Below, in pieces: positions 22,800 through 36,230 of a stretch of 64,000 nucleotides of DNA. A program made the position numbers and the translations under genes. This stretch comes from Camelus dromedarius (Eukaryota), in the NCBI RefSeq assembly GCF_036321535.1, contig NC_087437.1:7192001-7256000 (forward strand), given 5' to 3'. Position 1 is the first letter of the stretch; each line of letters starts with the position of its first letter. The notes under the pieces were generated by a model, which saw nothing but the letters and a program-made list of their open reading frames with translations, was not told the origin of the DNA and made no database searches.

Positions 22800-23570
22800 A
22801 ATGTTTAATCATAGTATAATTTCTTCCACATCAAAAAGCCTTCAATTAACTCTACTTTTCACAGCAGCTACCACTCTTTTCTCCTCCATCACAAAACTCC
22901 TTGAAAATAAAGCGTCTGTTCTTTCTCAAAAATGTCTATTATCTCCTGAACTCCACACAGTTAGGTTTCCTCCACCTCTGCCACCCTTCCCGCAAAATGC
23001 TCTTGTCACGTTAGCCATGATCTTTATGTTGGTCAAATCTGCTCTCAGGTCCTCTTCTTACATGACACACTGGCAACATTTGTAATCATTGATTACTCCC
23101 TTCTTTTAGATACTCTTTCTTGCCTTGTCTTCCAGATGTGTTCTCTTGGTTTTCTCTTATCTCACTGGTCACTGGTCTGTTTTCCTGGTCTTCAGTTTTC
23201 TGACACTGCTTAGTTTCATTCACTTGCCTGTTGATTTCATCTAGTCTCTTGGCTTTAGATATCTCTCAGTGCTGATGACTCCTGAGCTGAAACACCCAAC
23301 CCAGACCTCTTTTTTGAGATCTAGATTCATACATCTGACTGTCCACTGGACATTTTCCTTTATGCTTAATAGATATCTGAGGATAATTATGCCTAAATTA
23401 AATTCCTGCTCTCTCTGCCCCCAAACTTGCTAAAGTCGGTCTTCCCCATCTCACCTGAGGGCAATTCTATTTTCCCAATGGCTCAGCCTGGAATCTAGAG
23501 ATCTCCCTCTACTCCTCTTTATCTTTCACACAGTATTCATCAGGAGATCTTGTAGGATTTCCTTCAACCT
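22800..23570 (+). mobile_element. L2a LINE fragment (ORF2 region, degraded)
   Basis: CTCTTGTCACGTTAGCCATGATC...CAACATTTG...TTGATTACTCCCTTCTT...GCTGATGACTCC...CTAGATTCATACATCTGACTG. Confidence 0.8.
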
Positions 23571-24769
23571 AGAGCTACACTTTCACAACCAATGTTCGTT
23601 GAAACTGTACGGCAACGAAGTTTGCTGCAGGAAAGAAGGAACCATGAATTTTGGAGATTTTATCTCTTTCCACTATTTCTGATGAGAGCATTAAAAGAGC
23701 TGGGAGAGAGAAGAGATCAGATCTCATTCAGAACTCAAGTAGTAAGGCGAATGGCTGTGAATTTGCTTCATGTATGCATCGTGACTCTCTTTCTCTCTCT
23801 CTCTCACTCTCAGCTGTAGGTGACATTGTGGTGGCCACACTGCACGTCTTCACCTGCTCTGTCATCTCTGAATTTAGGTTGTACTTTTTGGTATCAGCCC
23901 CAGTGATCTTCTCTCTTTCTCTTTCTTGCCTTTGCACCTCTTTGCTCACTCACTTCCTGACAAAATAAAACTAATTTTCATTCTGAAACTGTATTTAACC
24001 CTCTTCACTACTGCCAGTAATTCAAAACCAATAATTCCCCAGACTTGCTTATATTCAAGGAACTTTATTAAATTTCCAGGTTACTATAGTGATCTTCTTT
24101 GAGAAAGCTAAAAGAAACTTTCTCACCGTGTTGCTGCATATGGAACTGGCACTTTATAGCGTCTTCCACCATCTCTGCAAACTCTTAATCTCTCCATAGA
24201 TCTATAGCAATCACTACTCTCAGTTTATTTCCTGGCAGTGAACTCAATGACCAAAAACTCCCTTCATTGTGGAGGCCCAGGGAAACTTGAATAACAGTCA
24301 CTTTTTTGAATGGAAAAGACTTAAAGTTTTGGATAGTATTGGGTTAAAGGCTAAATTTGAAAATTTGCTCTCTCTAAATTATTACCATCACACTTATAGT
24401 AGTACTGACTGAGATTTCAGGTCCGTGAGGACACTTGCATTCTGTACGTTTAAACAAACCATCAGTCATGGACATTATAGTGAGTTGTACTCTGTGGCTG
24501 TCAGCATGTTACTTGAGCCAGTGGGATCATTTCTTCACATTTTATATCTATACTGATTCTGGAGTAGCTAGGCATGTTTTAAGTTTTTAAGAATTTGGCT
24601 CTGTATGCAGCACTGAACATCCCCAAATCCAAGAACACACAAAAATTCTAAAATGAATAGTGAATCCCATTTTAAAATATGTATAGAATTTCAACGTTCC
24701 TTGGAGTACAGAATCATTTAGAACAAAACAATTAGGAAAATAATATTTAATATAAATATTAGTTGCATC

Positions 24770-24990
24770 ATGCTCAGCAACTTTTAACTGGTTTTACATA
24801 ATTATTTTACTTAATTTTTACAATAACCTTGGGAAGTATATTGGATAGATTTTATTAGTTTCCTTCTTTTGCCAGTGAGGAAATTAAGGCTAACTTATAC
24901 AGACTACAAGCCTAGGGTCACACAGCTTTAAGTAGCAAAGATGGACACAAATATATCTATTCTTAACTCAAAATTCAATTATCTTACTGC
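24770..24990 (-). mobile_element. MIR SINE
   Basis: TTTTGCCAGTGAGGAAATTAAGGCT...CCTAGGGTCACACAGCT. Confidence 0.65.
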
Positions 24991-26253
24991 TACATAAAAT
25001 TGGCATTTTTATGAGCCAGAATAAAACTGGACATTAAATAAATAATAGTAATGACAAATTAGAATAAATAATAAATAAGTAATAATTATTACAATAAATA
25101 TGACCACTCCAAGGCTAGAAAATCCAGACATGACCATTAGGCTTTTGGAAAGACTGACTTCAAAAGGGACTTAAACAATTTTATTCCTATAGATCATACT
25201 TGAAATACACAAAACAATAAAGAATGGTCATAGCATTTTTTTTTCTTTTCTATAGATTGGAGAAAAGATGCAATCATGTCCATTTGGCCTTTGGAGGAAG
25301 ACGAGAAATTGCATTTTTCCCATGGCTAGCAAAACTGCTGAAAATGGATGAGTCGCCAATTTTGATAAGATCCATGACTAGTATCATAATTTGCAGTGAT
25401 TCATCTGTGATTTTTTTCCCTTTCCAAAATAAGGTCTGAAACAAAACCAAAGCCTTGGGAAAAAGATAACAACTGGCATTTTTATCTCTTTTATGTGTGT
25501 GTATGTGTGAAATGGAACTTACGATAGATTTAGAATTCATTTGATTCTGGCACAGTAAGCAATCTCAAAGATCATCTGGTCTACTCCCTCACTGATCTTC
25601 CTCCAAATTCTGAGGTTGATGACAACGAGGGCTCAGGGAGGGTTCTTCAAGTAGTCCATGGTAAATTTAAGACCAAAATCCAGTTCCTGTGCTGGTGTGT
25701 GAATTACCCTTGTGATACAATATTCCTTCTCCATGATTTATTTTAAAAAATAAGAAAAAGTAGGAACTGTATCCTTTCACCATGTGGTGGGTCTTTGTTA
25801 CTGCTTCCTAAACATTAGCAGTTATTCTTCTTTAACTGGTATGCAATTTGACATTACAGTTTACAGATAAATGTATGGTTCCCAAAAACTATCAATTGTC
25901 CCATACCATGATCCTTTATTCTTTTTCTTGTGCCTGCATTTCTTAATGAAACTAAAATTACCATCCTGACATGAACACAGACTCTTCAAGGATTTAACCC
26001 TATAGCACGTACATTTGTAGGCTGTATTTTAAAGAGCTCCCTCTTTATTAAATTCACAGGTAAAACTAGCTTCTGAATCCTTGAGAATTTTAAAAAAGAA
26101 ATTTTGAAGATTGAAATGAGAAAAGCCAAGAGTACTACGTTGTTTTTCTTGCTACCCTTTGGACACCCTTTAGCCAAAGATTTAGAGGAATCTTTCTGAC
26201 CTCAGGTAATTATTACTACAGCAAAAGTTCTCAAGTGAACTTGTCTATTGGGG

Positions 26254-26383
26254 TTTTTTTTTTTTTTTGGAGTTTAATTTAATTTAATAATTTATTTTTT
26301 CATTAATAGAGGTACTGGGTATTGAACCTATGACCTCATGCATGTTAAGTGTGTGCTCTACCCCTGAGTTATACCTGCTCCCT
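26254..26383 (-). mobile_element. vic-1-type camelid SINE with TSD
   Basis: GAGGTACTGGGTATTGAACCTATGACCTCATGCATG...CTCTACCCCTGAGTTATACC; flanking TCTATTG at 26244-26250 and 26384-26390. Confidence 0.9.
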
Positions 26384-27459
26384 TCTATTGAGATTTTAAG
26401 TTACCTGGTTTAACTGCATTTTGGAACAGGGTATTATCTGATCTCATCATGTTTGGGGATATCGTTTTAGGTGAAGTCACAGCTCCATTGTTGCTGAGGA
26501 ACCATAGACACCAAACTGTGTGCACGTGCCAGTTATTTGCGCTCTGCCGACCACCTCTGTTCTTTGTAATAAGAAGGGAAAAGAGGAAATGAGAAAATAA
26601 CAGTGAAGGTGACGTTTTTCTTCTTTTTCCCATCTTCCTAGGTGTGTGAATTTTTTAGGATGAAAGTTCTTTGTCATCATCTATCTTGCCTTTCTAGGCA
26701 TTTCATTCAGCACTAAAAACCCTTTGGATGTCTAAAGGACAACGAGGACAGTAATAGAATAATACTAACAATTACTTCTCTATCACTTTGCAACAAAGAA
26801 AATCCCCAACTCCAAATTTCTATCCGGTTAGTGTTTTGGACCACGTTTGGAACTATTCATATTTATTGACTCATTCAACTTAATTGACTCTCTCAAGTTT
26901 AAAAAAAAAAAGCTTCCTTTTCTGGGGCATGTGGAAAAGATTAGAAAACTTCTCTTATCGATGCTTATTCATAACTACCATATGTGGTGCTAAATTATCA
27001 TGAGAAATCTAGCCAAGCATGGGCAGTAAATATTAATTGGCTGCCTAAAATCTCTTCAATTTTGGACATCACTGTTACCTTGGTAAGTACATCTTTTCTT
27101 TCGGTGAGGGGCTGACAAGGTGGTGAGAGGTAAAAGCAGAGAAAATGGAGATTGGTGACTGGGATGCTTCTTTGGGCCAAAAACAACATAAGAGAAATTT
27201 GCAAGCATGGGATAGAGAATCATAAATGACATTCAAGAAGCTGTCATGATCTGTTCATAATCATGATCTACAGGCAGCCATGGCTTCAGAACTTATACAA
27301 ATACATACTGCTAAAATGATAACATGCAAAGTCAATAATTTGTATTATAAAGCCCAGGTTGCTGGGGGGAAGCGGACATCATGTACTGGATCAATAGTGA
27401 ACACTGGCCTTCCCGGGATTGGACCCAAGGCTAAGTCCTCTGAGTGACAGGAACAGCAG

Positions 27460-27920
27460 TGTTTCAGTCAGGATCTGAGCAAGACAGAAATAGCACACTC
27501 AAGCAGAGTAACTGAGAAGCATTTGATAAAGGAGCTCTTTACTGTGGTGTGGACAAGGTTAAAGGAAATCAGTACGGGGTGGACTGCCCAAGAGCTAGCA
27601 TTACCAGCGAGCCACGGCTATACTTAGATCTTAAGGGACAAGTGGAGGGAATGGTTACTAGAACCCAGAGAGAGCTTGTGTGGCTGTAGAAAGGTCTGCA
27701 TGAGAAAGACTGTGACTTTTCCAAGGAGGTGAAACAAAATTGTATTGACTCGATAAGGATGGAGCCAAGGGACTCCAGCCTCCCAGTGGTGTTCCTATTG
27801 GTCAAACTGAACTGAAAGCCAGAAAACAAGGGACCCAGTCAGTGCAGCCTGCATAGGTCAGCCTCCTGGGACACAGAATAGGGTGTGTGGACCTGAGGGG
27901 CAAAGATAGTATGTCCACAC
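27460..27920 (-). mobile_element. LTR33-like ERVL solo LTR
   Basis: TGTTTCAGTCAGGATC...CCTATTGGTCAAACTGAACTGAAAGCCAGAAAACAAGGGA...CATAGGTCAGCCTCCTGGGACACAGA. Confidence 0.75.
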
Positions 27921-28402
27921 CAGCTCAAGGCTGCTCTGAAGAGGGCAGTGAGTTCCAGTGCAGGCAGAATGTTTGGACAACTCAGATCCTTCAAAGCTCC
28001 AAGCAATGGCAAGGCAGTGGGCTTGAGTAATTAGATCAATTAACCTCTAAAGCCTTCAGTGACTCCCCTTCAGGTAAGATTTACCCAAGCTAAGGACAGT
28101 GCTGGGTGGGCAGGTATGCTATATAGGAGAGTGGTCCACAAATTTTGAGGTGACATATTCCATGTATTTCTCTGCTACAGATGTTGAGTCTTATGGTGAC
28201 AAAGACCACAAAAAAAAAAAAAAAAAAAAAAAGGAGAGAGAGACCACTTATGCCCAGAACATTTCTGTATTCACCAATATTCTATATTCTGCTTTATATT
28301 GATCATTGACAGTAAACTTTAAGTAAAAAATGTACAGCACTTTTAGAGTCAATTTTCCTTGTGTGTCCTAAAAATGCAAATAAAACTAGCAAGTTCATAG
28401 TT

Positions 28403-28540
28403 TTTTTTTTTTAACATTTTTTATTGATTTATAATCATTTTACAATGTTGTGTCAAATTCCAGTGTTCAGCACAATTTTTCAGTTATTCATGGACATATA
28501 CACACTCATTGTCACATTTTTTTCTCTGTGAGTTATCATA
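28403..28540 (-). mobile_element. Young camelid L1 3' end with TSD
   Basis: Poly(T)-AACATTTTTTATTGATTTATAATCATTTTACAATGTTGTGTCAAATTCCAGTG...; TSD TCATAGTT at 28395-28402 and 28541-28548. Confidence 0.88.
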
Positions 28541-29945
28541 TCATAGTTAAAAATTATTATAATGTTGCTGAATAGTATTAACCACTCTGCTACTAAAACC
28601 CAAAGTTTTATTTATCAAAATGATAATAAAACATACAAGTTGTATTATTGGCAATGGATTTTACGCAAGATGAAAATCTAACAAAAATAATAACTATACA
28701 ATACATGAAATAGCCATTAAGGTGGGGCAGGAAAAAAGTGATGTAATGGCTCTTATCCAAATATTAAAGTACTTCTGATAGATTCACCAATCATTTATAG
28801 TAATAGCTGCTTTTCATTCATAACAGTCATATGAAATTGAAATTTTGGAGTTTCTTGGTTAACATTAATATTTACTCCCAGGTGCCCAGGAGAGCTTCCT
28901 GGTGAAGATCGAAGTCACATATCCCTAAATTAATGAGAAACTGAAGTCTGTTCTCTCAAGTAAAATATGTACTAGAGGACCTAGTTCATAACAGTCACTG
29001 ATACAGAGATGATTAGGACAATGCTGTGGTAACACTTCAGATGATCCTACAGTTAGTAAGAACTAGAATGTTACACCTCTTATCTTTCATATTATATTGT
29101 AGCATTTTCTGAGGAGTCGTTTGAGATTCTGTAAGAGGTTAAAGTTTGTCATTTGCAGACAGTACACCACACTCCTGTCTCCATTTCTAGAAACATCCAG
29201 CCCTGTTTAAAGGGAAAAACAGGGTGAGCAGGAGTTTGGGATACTACCAAGAATCTCAAGTTTTATACGGAGCTCTCAGAAGTCAAGTCTGTGAGCCTGA
29301 TCAAAGGTGGCCAGTGAAATAGCAATGAAGGTTGTGCTGGTGGAAGGTAGGATGCCAGTGGCACTAGTTTATGGGAAGAACCAGAGAGGAGCAGAAACTC
29401 AAATGATTGCTCAGGCAAGTCGAGAGGAAGCCATCAAGGATACCCATGGGCTGGCAAGAAGGATAGTCACTGGGAAAGACACTGAGCATCCATGCTTGTT
29501 TTCTGCTGGTCTACTGAAGACCAGGGGGCTAATTCTTGTGTGTAGGCTCAGAAGAAGAATTTTAGGTTCTCTAGGCAACTGAGTAAGGGGAATTCTTCCT
29601 CATTGTTCTTAAGAACAAACAAACAAACAAAACAAAACTGTGTTCTATTGATGTCATTTCCCTAAATTAATGTCCTGTCTTGGTCCCACAGGCTGGGGAG
29701 AAATAGTAGAAGTTGCCCCTTCCCTAATTTCCTCTTTCTCCTTCCATTTGCTTAATGAAGTCCTACTCATGCTTACCTCTCTCTACAAACTCTTTGTTTT
29801 TGGTTGCTTTCCTTTATTCCCAAAGCAGCCATTCCCCTGTCACACGTCCTCTTAGCAACTCACCCAGTTTGGCACCCATCACATGTAATTATTTCTTCCT
29901 TTACTTTCATTGTACTTGGTATCTGGAAGGAGCAGGGATAAGCAC

Positions 29946-30310
29946 TGAGTTGGTTTTAAGTGTCAACTTGGCGAGTCCATCGTGAAGGTATTTTTAGGTG
30001 GGATTAACATTTAAATCAGTAGACTTTGAGTAAAGAAGATTACCTTCCCTAATGAGTATGGGCCTCATCCAATCAGTTGAAGGTCTTAAGAAAATACACC
30101 AGGAATTCTGCCAACAAACTGCCTTTGGACTCCAACTGCAACGTCAGTTTTCTTCCCTGAGTCTCCAGTCTGCCAGCCTACCCTGCAGATTTTTGGACTT
30201 GACAACCTTTACAATCACATGAGTCAATTCCTTAAAATAAATCTCTCTTGATATATCTATATCTATTTCTATATCCTTTTGATTCTGTTTCTCTAGAGAA
30301 CCCTAATACA
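29946..30310 (+). mobile_element. MLT2 (ERVL) solo LTR, internally deleted
   Basis: TTTTAAGTGTCAACTTGG...GGGCCTCATCCAATCAGTTGAAGG...TTCTGTTTCTCTAGAGAACCCTAATACA. Confidence 0.9.
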
Positions 30311-30399
30311 AACTCCTATGTTCACATTCCTCAGTTTGACTGTAAGTCACACTTTACCTTCTTTTAGCATGATAAAGATGTCAGTTCTCCTTCAATTTA

Positions 30400-33350
30400 T
30401 TAGATTTGCATGTATTCATATATCCCTGTTTCTTACCTAAACAATGGCATATTTAATGTTCTGGACCTTGTTTTTTAACCTTAAAAATATATCCTGAAGA
30501 TTGCTCCCTTTCAGCAGGCAGTGACTTTTCTTTCTATGACTGCCTAGTACTCCATTGTGTGGGCATCTCCTAAAAATGGGTATTTGAATTGCTTATACCC
30601 TTTGGATATTTTTAAAATTTCTATAAGGAATGGCTTTGTACATAAATAGGTTTCTTTGGCTTTTGTTTTTGTTTTTTTGCTAGGTTAATTTAGCGCGAGA
30701 TTTTTAGAAGTGGAAAGATAGCACATATGTAATTTTACTAGTTAGGAACAAAATTTCCTCCATTGCCCTTTTACTGATTCACATTCCCATCAGTAAGGTA
30801 AGAAGCTACCTATTTATACAGAGTTTTGCCAGTAGAGTGTAAGTTCAACTGTGATTTTTGCCAGTCTGGTAGGTAAGGAGAAACTCATGTAGTAGTATTT
30901 TTATTTCCCTGACTAGGTATAAGATTGAGTATCTTTTCATACATTAAAGGAAATATTTTTATGTCTTAATCTGTGAGTTGCCTGGTCAAGTCTTTTCCTC
31001 ATTTATCTATTAGATTGTTCCTTCTGCCTCTCAGATTTTCAGAGTCCTTTGTATGTTAGAGATACTGGTCCTCTGTGATATACATTTTCTGGTGGTTTTT
31101 GTTTTTTAGATCTGCCGGTTTTGCCTTTAATATTTTTAATGTAATAACATTTATCCATCTTTACTTACTTGGAGATTTTGAGTCATAGTTAGGAGGAAAT
31201 TCCCCAGGCTCACATTATAGAATTCTTTTTCAGTATTGATAGAGTTTCAATGTTTATATTTAGCACTCTGCTGTAAATGTATCCATGATGTTTGTATAAG
31301 CTAGACATCTAATTTCATATTTTCTTTTCTTCAAAATGACTATCCAGTTGACTCAAGACTATTTGTTAAAAATTCCGTCTTTCCTGTACTGATATACGTT
31401 GCCATTTTTATAAAGCACTTCATTCCCATAATCATTTGTGCCTTTTCCTTTATTGGTCTCTGAATCCATTTATGCAACAACATTTACTACACTATTTTAA
31501 CTGTTGAAGGTTTTGTAAATATTTATTTTTAGGTTTTAATATCTGGTAGGACTGGTAGCCTATATTGCTCTTTTATTGTGTCAAAAAAATCCTCTAATTT
31601 TTTTTTTCAGGGAGTGTTTTCTCAAGATTGTTGAATTTTGTTCAATGCCTTTTCACATCTATGATAATGATCATATAAATTTCCCCTTAATTCTATTAAT
31701 GTAATATATTATATATAGATTTATAGATTATGGATTTCCTAATAGTCAATAATTCTTGTATTCCTGGGATGGCTGTGACTTGGTCATAATGTATTATTAT
31801 TTTTTAAAAAACTTTTATTAGTAAATAATTTCAAACGTATGTTACAATATTGTAAGAAAAATGTAAAAACCCCCATAAACTTCTTTATACCCGTAATTCA
31901 GCATCTCTGATTGTTATGATTTGGCACATTTATTGTCATTCTCTTTCTCTCTACACACATCTGTGCGTGTGTGTGTGCACATCCACACATACCCAGTCAC
32001 ACATACACATACATGCACATTTTTTTCAGAACCATTTTGTGGTGTTACATTATATTCCTTTACCCTTAAACACTTCAGTGAATATTTCTCAAGAACAAGA
32101 ACATCCTCTTACATAATCTTATTGCTGTTATCAAATTCAGAAAAAATTACATGAGTAGAATACTACTGTCAAATTTTTCTTCAAACATTTAGTGCAATTC
32201 ACCAGTGAAGGAATCAGGGCTGGTGCTTTTATTTGTGGGAAAATTTTAGATTACTAATTCCATCTCTTTACTTGTTATTGATCTGTTCAGATTTTCTGCT
32301 TCTTCTTGAATCAATGTCAGTAGTTTCTAGTTTTTGAGGAATTTCTGTAAGGGTAGTAGAGATGCTCCTCTTTCATTTCTGTTTTTAGTCATTTTAATCA
32401 TCACTCTTTTTCTCTTGGACAGTTTAGCTAAAGGTTAATTTTACTGATCTTTTCAAAGAACTGATTTTTTTTTCACTGATTTTCTCAATTGTTTTTCTAA
32501 TCTTTATTTCATTAATTTCCACTCTAATCTTTATTTCCTTTCTTTTGCTTGCTTTAGGTGTGGTTTTCTTTTTTCTAGTATCTTAAAATGGAAGATTTTG
32601 TTATTTATTTGAATCTCTCTTCATTTTAATGTGATATTTTCACTATCAATTTCCCTCTATGTACTGCATAGCTGCATTTCATAAGTTTTGTTATACTGTA
32701 TCTTAATTTTCATTCATTCAAAATATTTTTAAATTTTCCTTGTGACTTCTTTCCTGATCCATTTTTTAAGAAGTTTGTGTTTTCATTTCCACATATGTGT
32801 GAATTTCCCACATTTTCTGTTATTAATTCATTTCTGTTGCTCATTTCATCATGGTTGGGGAAAACACTTATATGCTTTAAATCATTTTAAACTTATTGAG
32901 GCTGTTTTATGGCCTAGAATATGGTCTATCTTGGAGAATGTTCCTTGTGCACCTAAGAATAACATAATTTTGCTGTTATTGGGTGAAGTGATCTATAGAT
33001 GTTGGTTAGATATTTGCATTACAGTAGTTCAAGACATCTGCTTTCTTGTTGATTTTCTGCCTAGTTGATCTATCCATTATTGGAAGTGGGTATTGAAGTC
33101 TCCAGCTATTGTTGTTAACTTGCCTATTTCTCCTTTCAATTCTGTCAGTTTTTGTTTCATGCATCTTGGGGCTCTGTTTTTAAGTGCCTGTATGTTTAAA
33201 ATGGTTTTATCTTCCCAATGAATTCACTCTTTTATTACTATAAAATGCTCTTCTTTATAATAATATTTTTGCATTACAGTCTGTTTTATCTGATCATTAG
33301 TATAATCACTTCAGTGTTCTTAATGGTTGCTCTTTGCATGGCATTCTTTG
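30400..33350 (-). mobile_element. Composite of old L1M fragments (L1ME-like 3' part, L1MC-like 3' end at about 31800-32170, ORF2 5' region at about 32170-33350)
   Basis: T-rich antisense L1 motifs such as GGCCTAGAATATGGTCTATCTTGGAGAATGTTCC and GTATTGAAGTCTCCAGCTATT; no intact ORF. Confidence 0.8.
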
Positions 33351-33519
33351 TCAGCTGATATTCATACGTGAAATTGATCTATGAATCTTCTTTTACTGGG
33401 CAATCCTCATCACCTTTGGTATCCATGTGGTATTTGCTTTGTAAAAAAAAAAAAGTAGAAAATTTTCTTTCTTTTTTATGTTTTGAAAAATTCTGAATAC
33501 ATTTTGAAATGATCATGAA

Positions 33520-33790
33520 AATTAGATTATGGATTTGAACATTAGATGATTCCAGAGAAATATGGTTAATTTTATGTATTATGGCTACATAAGTAAGTGC
33601 TTTAATTTTTAGTGATACATATTGGACTATTAAAGACAAAATGACATATTATCTGGGATTGCCTTAAAATACTTCAGCAAGGGGAAAAATATCTCAAATC
33701 TTGATAATTATTAAATCTGGGTGATGGCTACATGGGGGTTTGTTGTATTCTTTTTCTTTTTTTGGTATATTTAATTTTTTTTCATAATGT
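33520..33790 (+). mobile_element. L1ME-like 3' end
   Basis: ATCTGGGATTGCCTTAAAATACTTCAG...TTGATAATTATTAAATCTGGGTGATGGCTACATGGGG. Confidence 0.7.
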
Positions 33791-34496
33791 AAGATAAACC
33801 TGAGTTCCAACCCAGATTTACTTTATTAGAATTTTCAATTATTAAGCCAAGGAATCTATATATTTAAAAGCCTCTCAAGAAATTAAGAATATTGTCTAAA
33901 TCCGCAAAGACGAAGGAGAAGGAGACATTTTCAGTTAAGAGATTTTAATAAAAATTCTGGAAATGGAAAGCATATGGAGAAGTGGGAATTGATAAAGTAG
34001 GGGGAGGCACAGGCTAGTTTTTGCAAAGAGAAATACAGAAAAGAGGAGAGGTGACGTGCACTACAAGCTGAGATACATCCATATGGCTACAGATAGGAGT
34101 GTGTGGGGCTAAAAACAGAAGGAAATGGGATGAAATTCTGTATTTGGAAGCGCTGACCTCCCTACCTCCCACTAGAGCAAGCAGAACCCAGGGAGCCAGA
34201 TGTCCACTCAGATCGGGTATTGGAGATTTATCTCAGATAAAAGACATTGGCATCTGAGTGACTGCTCTGTGTCCAGCATGTACCGTTCCCTTCTAGAAAA
34301 ATAAAAGTTGCTTCAAGAGGAACTTAGCTTTAGGAGAGTTCATACTGACTTTCCTGAAACTATAATAAAGAACTAGGGAAATATAGGTGTATATCCAACT
34401 TGCTGTTAGATTTGTTTCCATTGTGTTATTTATCCACACAAATTTCACCTTCTGATGGAAGTTTACCTAGAACTTTCCATGTGCTTCCCCCCTCCC

Positions 34497-34930
34497 CAAA
34501 CTGATTGAGATATGACTAAACATATAACATTGTGTAAATTTAAGATGTACAGTGTGATGATTTGCTACATCTACATGTCACAAAATGTTTACCACAGTTA
34601 GTAAGGTTAGTGAGCCCATCCTCTGCCTTACATAGTTACCATTTGTTGTTACTGTTGTTACGGTGAGGACATTAAAGCTCTCCTGTCACGGCAACTTTCA
34701 AATATGCAATATGGTGTCATTAACTCTAGTTCCCATGTTGCACACCAGGCTCCCAGAACTTATTCATCTTATAACTGAAAGTTTGTTCCCTTGACAACAT
34801 CTCCTCACTTCCCCCACCTCCAACCTCTGGCAACCACCACTCTACTCTCTATGAGTAGAATTTTCTACTGAGATTTTCTACTGAAGTTTCTATGAGCTCA
34901 TTGCTTTTAGATTTCGCAGGAAGGTGAGCG
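34497..34930 (-). mobile_element. L1MA-like 3' end
   Basis: ATTGAGATATGACT...TTTAAGATGTACAGTGTGATGATTTG...CCCAGAACTTATTCATCTTATAACTGAAAGTTTG...CTGGCAACCACC. Confidence 0.85.
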
Positions 34931-35829
34931 CCCTTACTCTGTGACCTAACATCTTGATACTTGATAAAGAAGTCTCTGAAGTTGGGTTGCTGCTGTTCCA
35001 AACCTGTCTTCAGTGATCATTAGGCTGCATTTGCTAGACTCCCTTGCTGTTCAGGATGACTAATGGAATGCAAGTACAATACTGTGTACTGCTTTGGGAC
35101 CTCCCATGGGTGGTCCTTCCCCCACCCACCTCGCTGGAAGGGAGTCAACCACCAGCATGAACTTGGTGGCCTCAAAATGAAAGACACCCGTGTCCCTTGG
35201 TTAGTGCTTGGCAGGACGCTGTCTGCCCATGGGTAATGCCCAGCTTAGCCTTTGGATGAGTGAGAAATAAGCTTGCATCACGCTGAACCACTGACATTTA
35301 GGGGCTTGCACTCTCCGAGATGCCATCTTCCCTCTAGCTAACCCACCATCCTTTCCTGCTTTCTTATCTGTCCTGGCAAATAAAACCACAAGTCCAGCTG
35401 CACCAAAAGAATTCAGGGAAAAGCGATGGCGTCGTTCCTCTTTGTTCCCTTGCAGATAAGCGACTGGCCCTTCCACACCGTGGGGAAAGCAGTGGAATAT
35501 TTCAAAAGAGCACAGAACGCTTATTTCCAATAAGCAATGGATAACAACAGCAATAGCAGTAATAGCATTCACAGCAATAGTAATAAACATCAGTCTCTCT
35601 TCAGCAAACCCCGACTGGTGTTCAGTGGCCCAAGGGCCATTATGACTCAGGTGTGGGCCTTTTCTAAGGCAAAGAGCGGGACACAGACCTCTGAGCCTGG
35701 CACACAATAGAACACAGTCTCCTTCCCTCAGCCGTTTTTCACAAGAAGCCGAAGGAGATCTGTCAGGGCAAAAGCTTTCTACAGAGCCTCCCAGGATGAG
35801 AACTCCTGGTGCCGAATGCTTTTACTGGA

Positions 35830-36230
35830 GCGCGCCAGGCAGGCATAATGAAGTCAGTAATTTCTCCTGCCTGCAGCCTTGAATTAGGCCGCATGGTCGA
35901 GCCTTTTAGGCTGATGAAAAAAATACCACAGAACTTGAGAAAAATGGTTACGCCTTATTAAATTATTGGAAATCTCTGGAGTTGCATCTCTCTTAAGGTT
36001 CCAAATTGGCATACCTGTTAACTTAGAGCGTTCAAATTTCTCTAAGATATTATTGTATTTAAGACCCAGTGCCATCTCTAAACTGCACATGAATTACAGA
36101 GCGTCGGGGAAAAGAGCGAGCGAGTCACCGGTTCCCGGCTTAAAAACCTTCGCCACAATTAGTAGTTAGTAGCTTTCAGAAACATTTGCTGGATAAGTAA
36201 CCACGGTCAAATCGCATAATTTGCCCCCCC
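35830..36230. promoter_or_regulatory. Candidate conserved enhancer
   Basis: Repeat-free; about 15 CpGs in 400 bp in an otherwise CpG-poor window; at least 7 TAAT/ATTA cores. Confidence 0.45.

Noticed and set aside
35201..35707. 168-aa minus-strand ORF with a hydrophobic ITIAVNAITAIAVVI stretch
   Set aside because: The hydrophobic run comes from a low-complexity (A/G)CAATA-type repeat; non-ATG start; no known family.
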